A stretch of DNA of 64,000 nt. Source: Octopus sinensis. Taxonomy: Eukaryota. A program made the translations under genes and the position numbers. Under the pieces are notes generated by a model. The model saw nothing but the letters and a program-made list of their open reading frames with translations. It was not told where the DNA came from and searched no databases. Shown one piece after another: positions 1-13,112 of the stretch. The DNA lies in the NCBI RefSeq assembly GCF_006345805.1, contig NC_042998.1, positions 186,372,001 through 186,436,000 on the forward strand, written 5' to 3'. Numbering within the stretch: the first letter of the stretch is position 1; each line of letters begins with the position of its first letter.

Positions 1-2374
1 TCATCCAACCCATGCTAGCATAGAAAGCGGACATTAAACGATGATGATGATTTTTTAAAACAGGGTTTAAGTAACATGATTAAGAGTGAGGCTAAAACAT
101 AGAATCTGTTATAATATTAGAAGAGGATAGGTATTACACAAAGTATTAGCATGAAGTAAAATTAAGATGCTTCTAGACATATTCCACAAGAAAGGAGCAC
201 AGTTCATCAAAAGCATTTTACTTAGCACATTGCCAATTTTTATAACAAGGTTACAGTTAATTTAAATATCCTTAGTATATGATCAGTATTTTCCCCCCTC
301 CCTTTTATCTGGTTGTATAGTGGAGGTGCATGGCTTAGTGGTTAGAGTGTTGCACTCATAATTGTAAAATTATGGTTTTGATTCCTGGACCGGGTAACAC
401 ATTGTGTTCTTGAGCAAAACCTTCATTTCATGTTGCTCCAGTTCACTCAGTGACAGACTGGCATCTCATCCGAGTCAGGAATATATATTCCATGGGAACT
501 GGTCCTATGACTCTAAATGATTTGGGAAGGAACTTTACGTAGTGGAACCACATTGCTTAGTGGTTAGGGTGTTGGGCTCATGATCATAAGATTGTGGTTT
601 CAATTCCTGGGCCATGCACTACATTGTGTTCTTAAGTAAAACATTTCATTTCATATTGCTCCAGTCCACTCAGCTGACAAAAAGGAGTAATCCTGCAAAG
701 GACTGGTGTCCCATCCAGGTGGGGAATAAATACACCATGGAAACCAGGAAACTGGCCTTATGAGTCTATCTGACTCAGGAAGGAACTTATTTTACTTTGT
801 CTGGATATGAGACAGAGTACCAGCAATATGTTGTTGTGTGTTCCTTCTCGAGCCATGCCTGGCTCATAAGGGCCAGTTTCCCGGTTTCATTGGCGTATAG
901 GTTGCCCACCTGGAAGAGATGCCAGTCTGTCACAGGTTAGCTGCTAGATGCAGGAGAAAAGAGGGAAAAAAAGTTGTGACAAAAGAGTCAGCAGAACTTA
1001 GACATTGCCTGCTGCTGGAGCCACGCGAATCTTAGGTGTTTCACTCATAAACACACACATTGCCAGGTCTGAGATTTGAACTCACAAGTCTGCTGCTCTA
1101 ACCACTAGGCCATATACCTCCACAGAGTACCAGTAATATAGCAAAGTTAATTCAGTTGCTTGAACTTTTTACAAAAGTGAGCATTATGTATGAACAGGAA
1201 AAAAGTAATATTTTTAATATGTAGCTCTAGGGTGTTTTACGTGAATGACCTTACTCTTAGAAATCTCATGTTCTCATAAGGTACTTACTAGTACTCTGTT
1301 GGTTACAACAACAAAGGTTCCAGTTGATCTGATCAACAGAACAGGTTACTCATAAAAGGCAGTGAGCTGGCAGAATCGTTAGGGTTAGGGTTAGGGTTGA
1401 AATGCTTAGCAGTATTTCGTCTGCCATTACGTTCTGAGTTCAAATTCTGCCGAGGTCGACTTTGCTTTCAAGCTTTCAGGGTCGATAAATTAAGTAACAG
1501 TTATGCACTGGGGTCGATGTAATCGATTTAATCCCTTCCCTTTGTCTGTCCTTGTTTGTCCCCTCTATGTTTAGCCCCTTGTGGGTAATAAAGAAATAAG
1601 AACAGCTTACTCATGAAATTAACATGCTAGTGGCTGAGCACTCCACAGGTATGTTCGCCCTTAACGTAGTTCCTAGGAAGATTCAGCATGACACAGAATG
1701 TAACAAGCTGGCCCTTTGAGGTACAACTCATTTTTGCCAGCTGAGAGGACTGAAGCAATGTGAAATGAAGTATCTTGCTCAAGGACACGATGCACTGGCA
1801 GGAATCGAACTCACAACTTTATGTTCTTGAGCTAAATACCCTAACCACAAGGCCATGCACATTCACTTTCTCAGAAGGTAAATAAGATGTGGTGTGTAGT
1901 CTGTTATTTCTAGCATCACTAAATGAATGGAAGGTAACCTCAATAGTAGCAGATTTGAAGTCAGTAGTAAATCAGGAGATCAAAATATTCTTTCCTAATC
2001 TAGGCACAAGGCCTGAAATTTTGGGGGAGGGGGCCAGTTGATTAGATTGACCCTAGTACACAACTGGTACTTATCGACCCCGAAAAAATCAAAGGCAAAT
2101 TCGACCTCAGCGGAATTTGAACTCAGAATGTAAAGACAGACGAAATACCTATTTCTTTACTAGCCACAAGGGGCTAAACACAGAGAGGACAAACAGATTA
2201 TATCGACCCCAGTGCGTAACTGGTACTTAGTTTATCGACCCTGAAAGGATGAAAGGCAAAGTCAACCTCAGCGGAATTTGAACTCAGAACGTAACAGCAG
2301 ACAAAATACGGCTACGCATTTCGCCCGCCGTGCTAACGATTCTGCCAGCTCGCCGCCTTCAGATCAAAATATTC

Positions 2375-4685
2375 TACACAAAGCTGGCCCTTGTAAATTA
2401 CAGGTACAACACACTTCTACCAGCTGAGTGAACTGGAGAAGCACTGTGTAACAATGCACCAATGGTTTTCGAACTCGTGGTTGTAAGTTGAATACTCTAA
2501 CCGCTAAGCCACGTGACAGCAGATAACAGCTGACAATTGCATAATCGCCTTTTGTTACACAAACATACACAGATGACAACATGTGCACATATACACTCAA
2601 ACACAGTCACATATTGTTATGTCACATACACACTGTTCATTCATTTTATATATACACACATGCATTCACATATAAACACACACACATATGCACAGATAGC
2701 AGCAGACATAGTCTTATATTGTTACACAAATGTATACAGATAACAACTCACACACACACACACACACAGATATTAGCAGATATTCCACACGTAGTCTGTA
2801 TGTTGAACATACAGTTATGCACACACACAGTTATGCACATGCACACACAGTCGCATATAGTACACACACACAAACATACAGTCTCATACAGGTATGCACA
2901 CATGGACACACATACACAGCCTCATGCAGTTATGTGCACACACAAACACAAAGTCTCATACAGTTATGCGTACACACATAAACACACTCAAACACAGTCT
3001 CATACCATTACATGCACACACACACACACACACACACATACACACAGATACCAGCAGACAATCGGTGTCATATTTTTCATTATTTACATTATTTACATTC
3101 GACAGATATTTGACACAACATTTCGGCTGATATACTCTCCAGCCTTCTTCAGGTGTCTTGGGGGAAATTTCGAACCTGGGTTCTCATTCCTAAGGTATTC
3201 TTCGATGTTATTATTATTATTATTGTTCAGTTCACTGCTTGGAATTGAACTCAGAATCTTGGGATTAGTAGCCTGCGCACTTAACCACTACGCCATATGC
3301 CCGAGGGCATATTTTTCGTTTATTTATTATTTAATGAAATGCTAAAATCTTTGTTGGGCTAGCTGAGGTGGGGTGGACGGAGGAGGGTATAGCGACTATA
3401 GCAGGCTGACATGTACTGTTAGACTGCTACGTCAGTCTTACCAAGCCAATTTTGTTAATGTAGATAAGGTTGGTCCTTATGAAATACAAGTACAACTCAC
3501 TTTTGCCAGCTGAATAGACTGGAGGAGTTCGAACTCATGATTGTGAGCAGAATGAATACCCTAACCTCTAAGCCACGTGCCAGCAGATACCAGCTGACAA
3601 TTGCATAATCTCCTTTTGTTACACAAACATACACAGGATTGGCTGTGTGGTAAGTAGCTTGCTAACCAACCACATGGTTCCGGGTTCAGTCCCACTGCGT
3701 GGCATCTTGGGCAAGTGTCTTCTACTATAGTCCAGGGCCGACCAATGCCTTGTGAGTGGATTTGGTAGACGGAAACTGAAAGAAGCCTGTCGTATATATG
3801 TATATATATGTGTGTGTTTGTGTGTCTGTCCCCCTAGCATTGCTTGACAACCGATGCTGGTGTGTTTACGTCCCCGTCACTTAGCGGTTCGGCAAAAGAG
3901 ACCGATAGAATAAGTACTGGACTTACAAAGAATAAGTCCTGGGGTCGATTTGCTCGACTAAAGGCAGTGCTCCAGCATGGCCGCAGTCAGATGACTGAAA
4001 CAAGTAAAAGAGATAATGACGTGCACATACACACTCAAACACAGTCACATATTGTTATGTATACATACACAGTTTATTCGTTTTATATATACACACATGC
4101 ATACATATATAATCATACACACACACACACATATGCACAGATATCAGCAGGCAATTATAGTCTTATATTGTTACACAAACATACACAGATAACAATTCAC
4201 ACACATACACACAGAGATATCAGCAGATATTCCACATGTAGTCTGTATGTTAAACGTACAGATACCAACAAACACATTCAGTTATTGTTTCACACACACA
4301 CAAACACACACAGTCTCATACAGGTACATGCATGCACACACACAAACCATCTCATACAGTTATGCATGCACACACACAAACATACACAGTCTGATATAGG
4401 TACACATGCACGTACACACACAGAGTCTTATACAGTTACACACACACACAAACACACAGTCTCATATAGGTATGCATGCACATGCACACACACATACACA
4501 GTCTCATACAGTTATTCACACACACAACCTCACAGTCTCATATAGTTATACACACACAGATATCATCAGACTATCAGCATCATATTTTTCATTTATTCAT
4601 TGGAACACTAAAATCGTAGTGACTATGACTATAGCTGACTGACATCTCAGTCTTACCAAACCAATTTTACTAATATAGATTAACC
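2375..4685 (+). repeat. Diverged ~1.1-kb tandem duplication of a CA-rich region
   Basis: cagctgacaattgcataatc..cttttgttacacaaacatacacag at ~2528 and ~3591; tcagtcttaccaa.ccaatttt at ~3432 and ~4647. Confidence 0.75.
3112..3157 (-). ncRNA. Minimal type I hammerhead ribozyme in the tail of a tRNA-headed SINE
   Basis: gacac CTGAAGA a ggctg gagagtatat cagcc GAAA tg tt gtgtc: canonical core, perfect 5-bp stems I and II, minimal stem III. Confidence 0.75.
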
Positions 4686-4839
4686 CACGGCAACAATTTT
4701 GTAATTACGGAGATGTACTTGCATAGCAAGTGATTTGATCTGAGATCGTGTGCTGGAACGAAAACAATTGCAGCATGGAAGGTAAGCCATTTAAGAAACA
4801 CACAAAAGCCGTTCGATTCACTTCAACATTTAAGTTTAA

Positions 4840-4890
4840 TTTGTCAAAATATTTTCGGCGCTTTAAGACTGCGACCTGTTCACTGATAAA
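4840..4890 (-). ncRNA. Hammerhead G3-C8 variant inside a foldback element
   Basis: tttatca GTGAACA g gtcgc agtcttaaa gcgcc GAA aatatt t tgacaaa; one mismatch each in stems I and II. Confidence 0.55.
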
Positions 4891-5303
4891 AATCCGTGCA
4901 GGTTGCAGTCTTAAAGCGACAAAAATATTTTGATAAATTAAACTTAAATGTTGAAGTGAATCGAACGGCTTTTGTGTGTTTCTTAAATGGCTTACAAACA
5001 CCTTCCACGCTGCAACAATTTTGTAGCAAGACAGTTAATTTAATTAAACCCTCATAAATAACTGGCACTTATTCTATCAACTCTGAAGGGATGAAAAGTA
5101 AAGTTTACTCTTGCAGGATTGAAACACTAACCCTTCAACTTATTTTTATTTGAATGCTTTGTGACTAAAAAGCTCACTTTGTGGCCATGTGATTTTAGGT
5201 TTGGCCCCACTGCCCAGCACCTTGTGCACCTTCTGCTATATAGCTTTGGGCCAACAGATGTCTTGTGAAAAGATTTGGTCAACAGAAAATTGAATGGAAA
5301 CCC

Positions 5304-5340
<37 letters not shown>

Positions 5341-5342
<2 letters not shown>

Positions 5343-5897
5343 GAGCAAAACGCCCCCCACCTCTAATGGACGGTACTGAATCATATCTGCTGAATAAAAA
5401 GCAATCAGTGTTTCCTTTACATTAAAAAATAATTAAGCATGCCTTTATTTCAATAAAACTTTGGTTTTGTTAAACGAAGTTAAGACAAAAAAAAAAAGAC
5501 TTCTTGAGAAACCAAATAGTCTTTCCTTCCTTCATGCCAAGTTTGAAGAAAATATCTCTTTTGCATCTTACTTTTTTTGGTCTCTTAAATATACTGCATT
5601 TTGTGGTATTATTTCAAGCCAGCCGGCTTTTTTTGTGCAAACTGCACATGCATTTTTCTCGCGTACGCGTAGTATTGATCGCAACAGCTGATGTACTTGC
5701 GTGTACAAATGCACGTTCCCACGGCTTTATCAATCGCATTCTCACCTGGAATCGATTTTTGTAATTTTTTCGAGACTTATACATGCCCTGATACCATCGG
5801 TATCTACATATCAAATTTGAACGCAATCGGATGGAGGATGCCTGAGATCCTAGAAGACACACACAGACAGACAGAACAGATTTTATATAATAGATAT
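5341..5897 (-). mobile_element. Probable Helitron-like non-autonomous element
   Basis: Minus-strand 5' end tctattatataaaatctgttctgtctgtc; 3' end degenerate (ctcgt). Confidence 0.45.
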
Positions 5898-8354
5898 ATA
5901 AAACTTTTGTTAGTTTGTTTATATCCCTGTAACTTAGTAGGTTGGCAAGAGAGACCGATAGAGTAAGTATTAGATTTCAAAAAGGGTTGATTTGTTTAAC
6001 TAAACCCTTCAAAGCAGTGATCCAACAGAGCCACAGTCCAATAACTGAAACAAGTGAAAGATGAAATAATTATAATTCACTCAGTATAACAAAGCAAGCC
6101 ACTAGATTTGAAGTCATGTCAGTTTGAGAAGCCCGTGGATCTCCCAACCCTTGAATCACTTGTATCTTTGATCAATTAAAAATGATATGATTAATAAAGT
6201 TTCAAATTTCAACACAAGGGAGAATGGAAATTGCAAGGAGAATGGAAGTTGATTACATTGATACCAATGCTCAAGAGGTACATATTTTATTGCCTCTAAA
6301 AGAATGAAAGGCAAATTTGAGCTCAGAACAAAGAGAGCTGGGGGAAATGTCGTTGAGCATTTTGTCTGAGATACAACAACAATTTTACCATGTGGCTGAT
6401 GCCAGCGCTGCCTCGACTGGCTTCTGTGCCAGTGGCACATAAAAAGCGCCATCCAAACGTGGCCGATGCCAGCGCTGCCTTGGCTGGCTTCCATGCCGGT
6501 GGCACATAAAAAGCACCATCCGAACGTGGCCATTGCCAGCGCCGCCTCGACTGGCTTCTGTGCCAGTGGCACATAAAAAGCACCATCCAAACATGGCTGA
6601 TGCCAGCGCTGCCTCGACTGGCTCGAGTGCTGGTGGCACATAAAAAGCACCATCCGAACGTGGCCGATGCCAGCGCTGCCTTGGCTGGCTTCCGTGCCGG
6701 TGGCACGTTAAAAGCACCAACCGATCGTGGCTGATGCCAGACCTCCCTGGCCCCTGTGCAAGTGGCACGTAAAAAGCACCCACTACACTCTCGCAGTGGT
6801 TGGCGTTAGGAAGGGCATCCAGCTGTAGAAACTCTGCCAGATCAGACTGGAGCCTGGTGCAGCCCCTGGCTTCCCAGACCCCGGTCGAACCGTCCAACTT
6901 GTGCTAGCACGGAAAACGGACGTTAAACGATTATGATGATGATGATGTTACTGTCCTGTTTTTGTTACCATTTTTACCCCTCCGCAAAAAGATCTCAAAT
7001 TTTTTTTAATTTGCTTTTCGCGGGAAGGAAAGTTTCTATCGAAGATGTGTATCGCCTTCACCTTTGAAACGCAGAGTAGATGAAACCATGGCGACTGAAG
7101 AAGGGGAATTTTCCTTGTGTTATTTGTCCTGTACTCTATTTTTTTGTTGTTTAAGAAAAATGTCCAGTTCCTTGGTTTTGTGTTTATGTTTTCGTTTCTC
7201 ATTGTGTTCGACGTTTTTTTGGTGTCCTGTACCCATATATGCATGTGTATATACATATAGAGGTAGGTACATACATATATGTATGTATATATGCATGTTT
7301 TATTTTATTTATTAATTTATTATATATATATATATAACAATTTAATAAATAAAACATATGCATACATACATACATATATGTACATACCTACATCTATATG
7401 TATATATACATGCATATATGGGTACAGGACACCACAAATAAACGTAGAACACAACGAGAAACGAAAACATAAAAACAAAACATGGAAACGGACTTTTTTT
7501 AACAACGAAAAAACAGAGTACAAGACAAACAACACAAGGAACATTCCCCTTCTTCAGCTGCCCCTGTTTCGACTTATTGCGTATGTATGTATGTATATAT
7601 AGGACCACTCCGTCGCTTACAACAATGAGGGTCCCAGCTTATACGATCAATGGAACAGCCTGCTCATGAAATTAACATGCAAGTGGCTGAGCACTCCACA
7701 GACACATGTACCCTTAACGTAGTTCTCAGGCAGATTCAGTGTGACAAGGCTGGCCTTTTGAAATATAGGTACTACTCATTTTTGCCAGCTGAGTGGACTG
7801 GAGCAACATGAAATAAAGTGTCTTGCTCAAGGACTCAACATGTCGCCAGGAATTGAACTCACGACCTTACGATCATGAGCCGAATATCCTAACCACTAAG
7901 CTATGTGCCTTCACTATATATATATTTATGCGTGTGTGTATGTGTGTGCGCTTGTGTGCAGACATGGCTGTGTGGTAGGAAACTTGCTTCCCAGCCACAT
8001 GGTTCTGGGGTCAGTCCCACTGCATGGCACCTTTTGAGAAAGTGTCTTCTACTAAAGCCTCAGGTCAACCAAAGCCTTGTGAGTGAATTTTGTAGACAGA
8101 AACTGAAGGAAGCCCATTGTATATGTATATAATTTTTTGTGTCTGTGTTTGTCTTCCAACCACCACTTGGCAACAATGTTGGTGTGTTTGCATCCCTGTA
8201 ACTTAGAGAGGCTTGGCAAAAGAGACCGATAGAATAAGTACCAGTCTTGCAAAGAATAAGTCCTGGGATTGATTTGTTCAACTAAAGACGGTGCTCCAGC
8301 ATGGCCACAGTCAAACGACTGAAACAAATAAAAGAGTATATATATATATATATA

Positions 8355-10777
8355 TTTTTCTGGTGAAGGCCAGTTTATGGGGTTTCCTGTCCACAAGCAC
8401 GTCACCAGCTCCCAAATGTACGGACCCATTTTCAACAAGCATAATGTTAGGGTCTCGTTTAGTTGTGCCCCCAATATTAAGAGCATCCCAGTTAGTGTCC
8501 CTAGGACACAGAAAAGGGCAGGTTGTTCATGCAGGATCTGCAGCAGTTGTCTGGTAGGAGGCCACTGCGAAACCAAAGGAGTCATCTATCAAGCCGATGT
8601 ATGGGTGAACCCTGGCACTTCTACTGGCAGAAACAATACCAGCTGTAGATACGCCGACAGAACCAACACCAGAGCTGTCATCACCACTACTAAGGACAAC
8701 TTAAGTGCTGTCAACAACACCAGCAACACTCCCAATGGCACCATCACTAACATCACCTACAGGAATGTCGCCTTCAACACCAGCCTTACCATCAACTTCC
8801 CTGATGTCCACAGTAGCAGACCTGCTAATACCCACACTGGCAGGACCGATTGTAACAGCAGTAACAGACCCAGTGCCGACACCAATTATATTGGCAACAA
8901 CAGCAATGGTAGCCTTAGCATAAGCTCAACTAATGACACCTCTGGCAACAATAGCAGCACTTCCATGACCGGCAACGGCAATAGTATTACCAATGCCAAC
9001 ACCTACAATAACAGCTCCGGCTCCAGCAACAGCACCATCAACATTAGCAGCAGCAGCAGCAGTAGCAGCCGTTCAAGAATTTGGACCTGAAGATCTCCAT
9101 TTCCGGTGACTTCGAGGGCCACCTCCCAGTGGTGTCGGACATCAACGAAGAGCCCTCGACAACAACAAGATGACCAAAGTTTTTTTTTTCCAAGGTCTGG
9201 GGTCTCCTGCCCCTAAGCCCTAGACCATCACCTAATCACCCTTACCCATCTTGTTGCTTAACAACAACAACAACAGCAGCAGTAGCAACAACAACATCAA
9301 CTACATCAATATCATTAGTAACAACATAAACAGGTGTTTTACCGGCAACACATGCAGGGCCAGCAATACACACAGGAGCAATAACATTACTGACGGCAGC
9401 GAGCTGGCAGAAACGTTAGCACACTGGGCGAAATGCTTAGCGGTATTTCGTCTGCCGCTACGTTCTGAGTTCAAATTCTGCCGAGGTCGACTTTGCCTTT
9501 CATCCTTTTGGGGTCGATTAAATAAGTACCAGTTACACACTGGGGTCGATATAATCGACTTAATCCGTTTGTCTGTCCTTGTTTGTCCCTTCTGTGTTTA
9601 GCCCCTTGTGGGCAGTAAAGAAATAAATAACATTACTGACACAATCACCACCTTCAGTGGTACCAAACACCAGCAGCTCTGGCACCAACAACATCAGCAG
9701 CAGCAACATCAACAGCAGTAATGACAACAACATTGTCAATGGCATCAACAGCAGCAGCAGCAGCCATTCAAGAATTTGGTCCTGGAGATCTCCATTTCCA
9801 GCGACTTCGAGGGCCACCTCCCAGTGGTGTCGGACGTCAACGAAAAGCCCTCGACTACAACAAGACGACCAAAGTCCTTTTGTTTTTTTTTTCTTCCAAA
9901 GTCTGGGGTCTCCTGCCCCTAAGCCCTAGACCATCACCTAATCACCCTTACCCATCTTGTTGCTTAACAACAACAATAACAGCAGCAGCAACAGGAGATG
10001 CAATGGCCCAGTGGTTAGGGCAGCAGACTCGTGGTCAGAGGATTGCTGTTTCAATTCCCAGACCAGGCGTTGCGTGTATTTATTGAGCGAAAACACCTAA
10101 AGCTCCACGAGGCTCCGGCAGAGGGTGGTGGCGACCCCTGTTGTACTCTTTCGCCCCAACTTTCTCTCACTCTTTCTTCCTGTTTCTTGTCCCCGGCTTC
10201 CCACGCAACCACTGAACCTGGATGCGCATTTATCCATCCGTCAATGCTCTTGGTGTCGGAGGTTAACCTGCTTTCTCTTCTGCGGGTCTTACGAATAGCA
10301 AAGGACCACGTTTTGGACTTCTCCCAGGATGAAGACCGCTTCGCTAAACAAACAAACATACCAACAAGCAGCAGCAGCAGCAACAACAACATTGGTGACA
10401 GGAACAACAGCAACAACATCAGCATCTACAACTACATCAACAGTAGCAGTAGCAACAACAGCAACAATAATGGGTACAATACCAACATCGTGCGTTCACG
10501 GAAATATATTGGTTTTTTCCAACCATGGATCCTCCTTCCGAATTCTGAAAAGGAGATATGTAACATTGCTGGCCAGCCACATTTGGCAACTGAACGATGG
10601 CAGTACAGCCGGAAGTCAATTGTCATTAGCAAAAGGAGATAATCCAAACTTTTCTCCATATTTTAAAGAGGTCATAGGCCATGAGGTCTTGGGGTTTGAC
10701 GATAAGCCATAAAGTTAAACCCTTTATGCACAGGAAACCCAGAGTAACCCCATAAACTGGCCTTCACCAGGAAAAAA
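8355..10777 (+). mobile_element. Penelope-like retroelement remnant (GIY-YIG endonuclease region) with inverted termini
   Basis: ORF 8377 has FNKHNVRVSFSCAPNIKSI...CSCR...C..GGHCETKGVIYQADV. Region ~10500-10630 gives RKYIG and, in a shifted frame, NHGSSFR...TLLASHIWQL. Inverted repeat 8355-8391 vs ~10727-10777; terminal hammerhead. Confidence 0.8.
10691..10751 (+). ncRNA. Degenerate hammerhead at the 3' end of the Penelope-like element
   Basis: ggggt TTGACGA, cataaag/ctttatg hairpin, GAAA cccagag TA acccc; lies right after the GIY-YIG remnant. Confidence 0.55.
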
Positions 10778-11839
10778 TAAACACTACTCTACTTAGAGTG
10801 TGCTTCTTCTCCAGATTTATATTTTTCTAAAAACTATATATACATGTCATAATCATCATCATTTAATGTCCACTTTCCATGCTGGCATGAGTTGGACAGT
10901 TTGACAGGAACTTGAAAGCTGGCTGGGTTCCAAAGTTGTTTGTTTCTTGATTTCTTCCTTGTTTGAAAACTGGCAAAAGGTTAGTGACAGGAATGGTGTC
11001 TAGCAACAAAAGATTTGCATCAAAAATTTCCATCTGACCCACACAAGCATGGAAAAGTGAATGTTAAATAATGATGTATATATGTATGTATGTCCAATAT
11101 TGTAAATACAAGAGCAGCACAATATGAAGTTAAGAACAAATAACCACCAAGACAAAAAGGAAAGTATACATCATTGGCAGTTTTACAGCAACACTAAAAC
11201 AGTATTAATAAGTTTATGAACTTGTATCCATATTTATTTAGTCTTTGAACTTAACCTCATGAGGGCTTTTTTGGTAGCTTAGGATGAGGCAGTGGTGTTC
11301 TCAAATGAAACAAGATTGAACTGACCGGTCATTTAATAATTTATTAGAATTTACTTGCATTCTTATCTCAAAATGCTCAGTGTACTCAAGTAATTTTTGT
11401 CTTCTCAACAAGAATGGATTCCTTGAAAGGCCTTTCAAAAGTTCTTTGTTCATCATTATTTTGTACTTTCCATATCATGTGGGAATTTCTCCTTCAACAT
11501 CTTGTTCAGTGACATTGAATGAACCATGCTCCTCCAAAATCACAATGAAATATTTCATGTTTATTTCTCATAGCACATCACTGAATGTCACTTTGGTTAA
11601 ATGTTACTCTATACAGGAAGGCAATACTCTTTGGATGAGCTTGTAAATAAGACTATTTTTCAGGTCTCCTCATCATTCATGCATAGGGCTACCCACCATC
11701 CATGTTACATTCCCTTCCTCACATGCTATATAGATCCCCGTACATCTTTCATATATTCTGTTAGGCATTTAAGTTTGTTAACTCCTCAGATTTCTATCTT
11801 CACACTCCTGTAGCTGAGGGTCTTTCTGAAATGCACCTA

Positions 11840-13112
11840 AAACCTGACATCGCTGATGCAGAAACACATGTACCAAAGTATGTTATATTGCAAGGCAACA
11901 GAAAAGACAGGAGTCATGGTGGAATTGCAATGTACATCCGTAGAGACTTCATGCCTCCTTTTGTCACACTCAAATTCAGTGTGTGACTCACTAAATGTAC
12001 ATATAAGACACAATTCAGTGTAGTTATAAGTATTACTTATCTCCCACCAGATGCTCCAAATCACACAAGCTTATTCGAAGGCTGCCTTGCAAAGATAGAA
12101 GCTCCAGGCAAACTAGAACAACACATCAGTATATTTCCCATGAGAGATTTCAACATGCCCAACATAGGTTGGCCTGAGGGCCTTTTACTCTAAGGAATGA
12201 CAAAAGACAGGTGGAATCTTTGCTCAACCTCACCAACACATTATACATGGAGCAAGTAATACCCCAACCAACCAGGGCAAACAATATACTTGATTTCTGC
12301 TTCACAAATAATATGGATTTCATCTATAGTATGAGAGTGACACTGACACTAATCTTGGATCACAATATAGTAGAGTTGACCTTTGTACGGATCAAAGAAA
12401 CCCATAGACATGTAACCTATGACAAGCACCCAAAATCTATCCAATCTGAACTTCCATAAAGCATAGTGGAAATCAATTGAGAAAGAGATCATTGAATAGG
12501 ATTCACCCCAATGCCTCTCTATATCTGACACTGACATGAAATTCAAAGAATTCATGCTACAAGATTGTCTCAGAAAGACCACTACACATAAGAACAAGAT
12601 TCCCAAGGAGAGGAAAGTTCTTATGAGACAGCGTACAAAGATTGCAAACTGTCTAAACAGAGAACTCTTAGCAGTGAAAAATCCTGCTTCAAAACAACAC
12701 TGGTGGAAATTGAGAAAAATCTGAAATGTTATCTTGAAAATGAAAGAGCAGATAAAGAAGCCTGAGTTATAAAAATTATAAAATCAAACCCAAAAGCTTT
12801 CTTTAAGTACACCAAAGAAACTGCTTCAATGCAGGGTAGGGCCACTCTCCCCAAAAGATAGTTCCCTCTGGAAAACCCAATGAGGATAAGTGAAACACTG
12901 AATGAACAATTCAAGAATGTTTTCACACCTCTCTTATGGCTCATGCAAGTAAACAAAGCTGTAAAATTCTTTACCACTACATATGTAAAAAGTGAAGCAG
13001 TAACAATTGATTTCATCATAGAAGAGGATGTAACACTGGCTATAGATGATGTAGACACAAACTCAGCTGCTGGTTCCAGAGGATTCCCAGCAATTCTTCT
13101 TAAATAATGCAA
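11840..13112 (+). mobile_element. CR1/L2-group LINE ORF2 fragment: APE endonuclease and linker
   Basis: DFNMPNIGW, QVIPQPTRANNILDFCFTNN, DHNIV, NPKAFFKY, SAAGSRGFPAILLK; decayed. Confidence 0.8.

Noticed and set aside
2581-4545. Long His/Thr-rich ORFs (254 aa and 233 aa)
   Set aside because: Products of CA microsatellites and SINE sequence; no domain content.
7035-7110. Possible hammerhead near ctgaagaagggg and tttgaaacgc
   Set aside because: Could not build consistent stems I-III around the core by eye.
9085-9180. CTGAAGA followed by the tcgagggc/gccctcga hairpin in the Penelope internal repeat
   Set aside because: No properly placed GAAA or stem I partner, and the second copy reads CTGGAGA.
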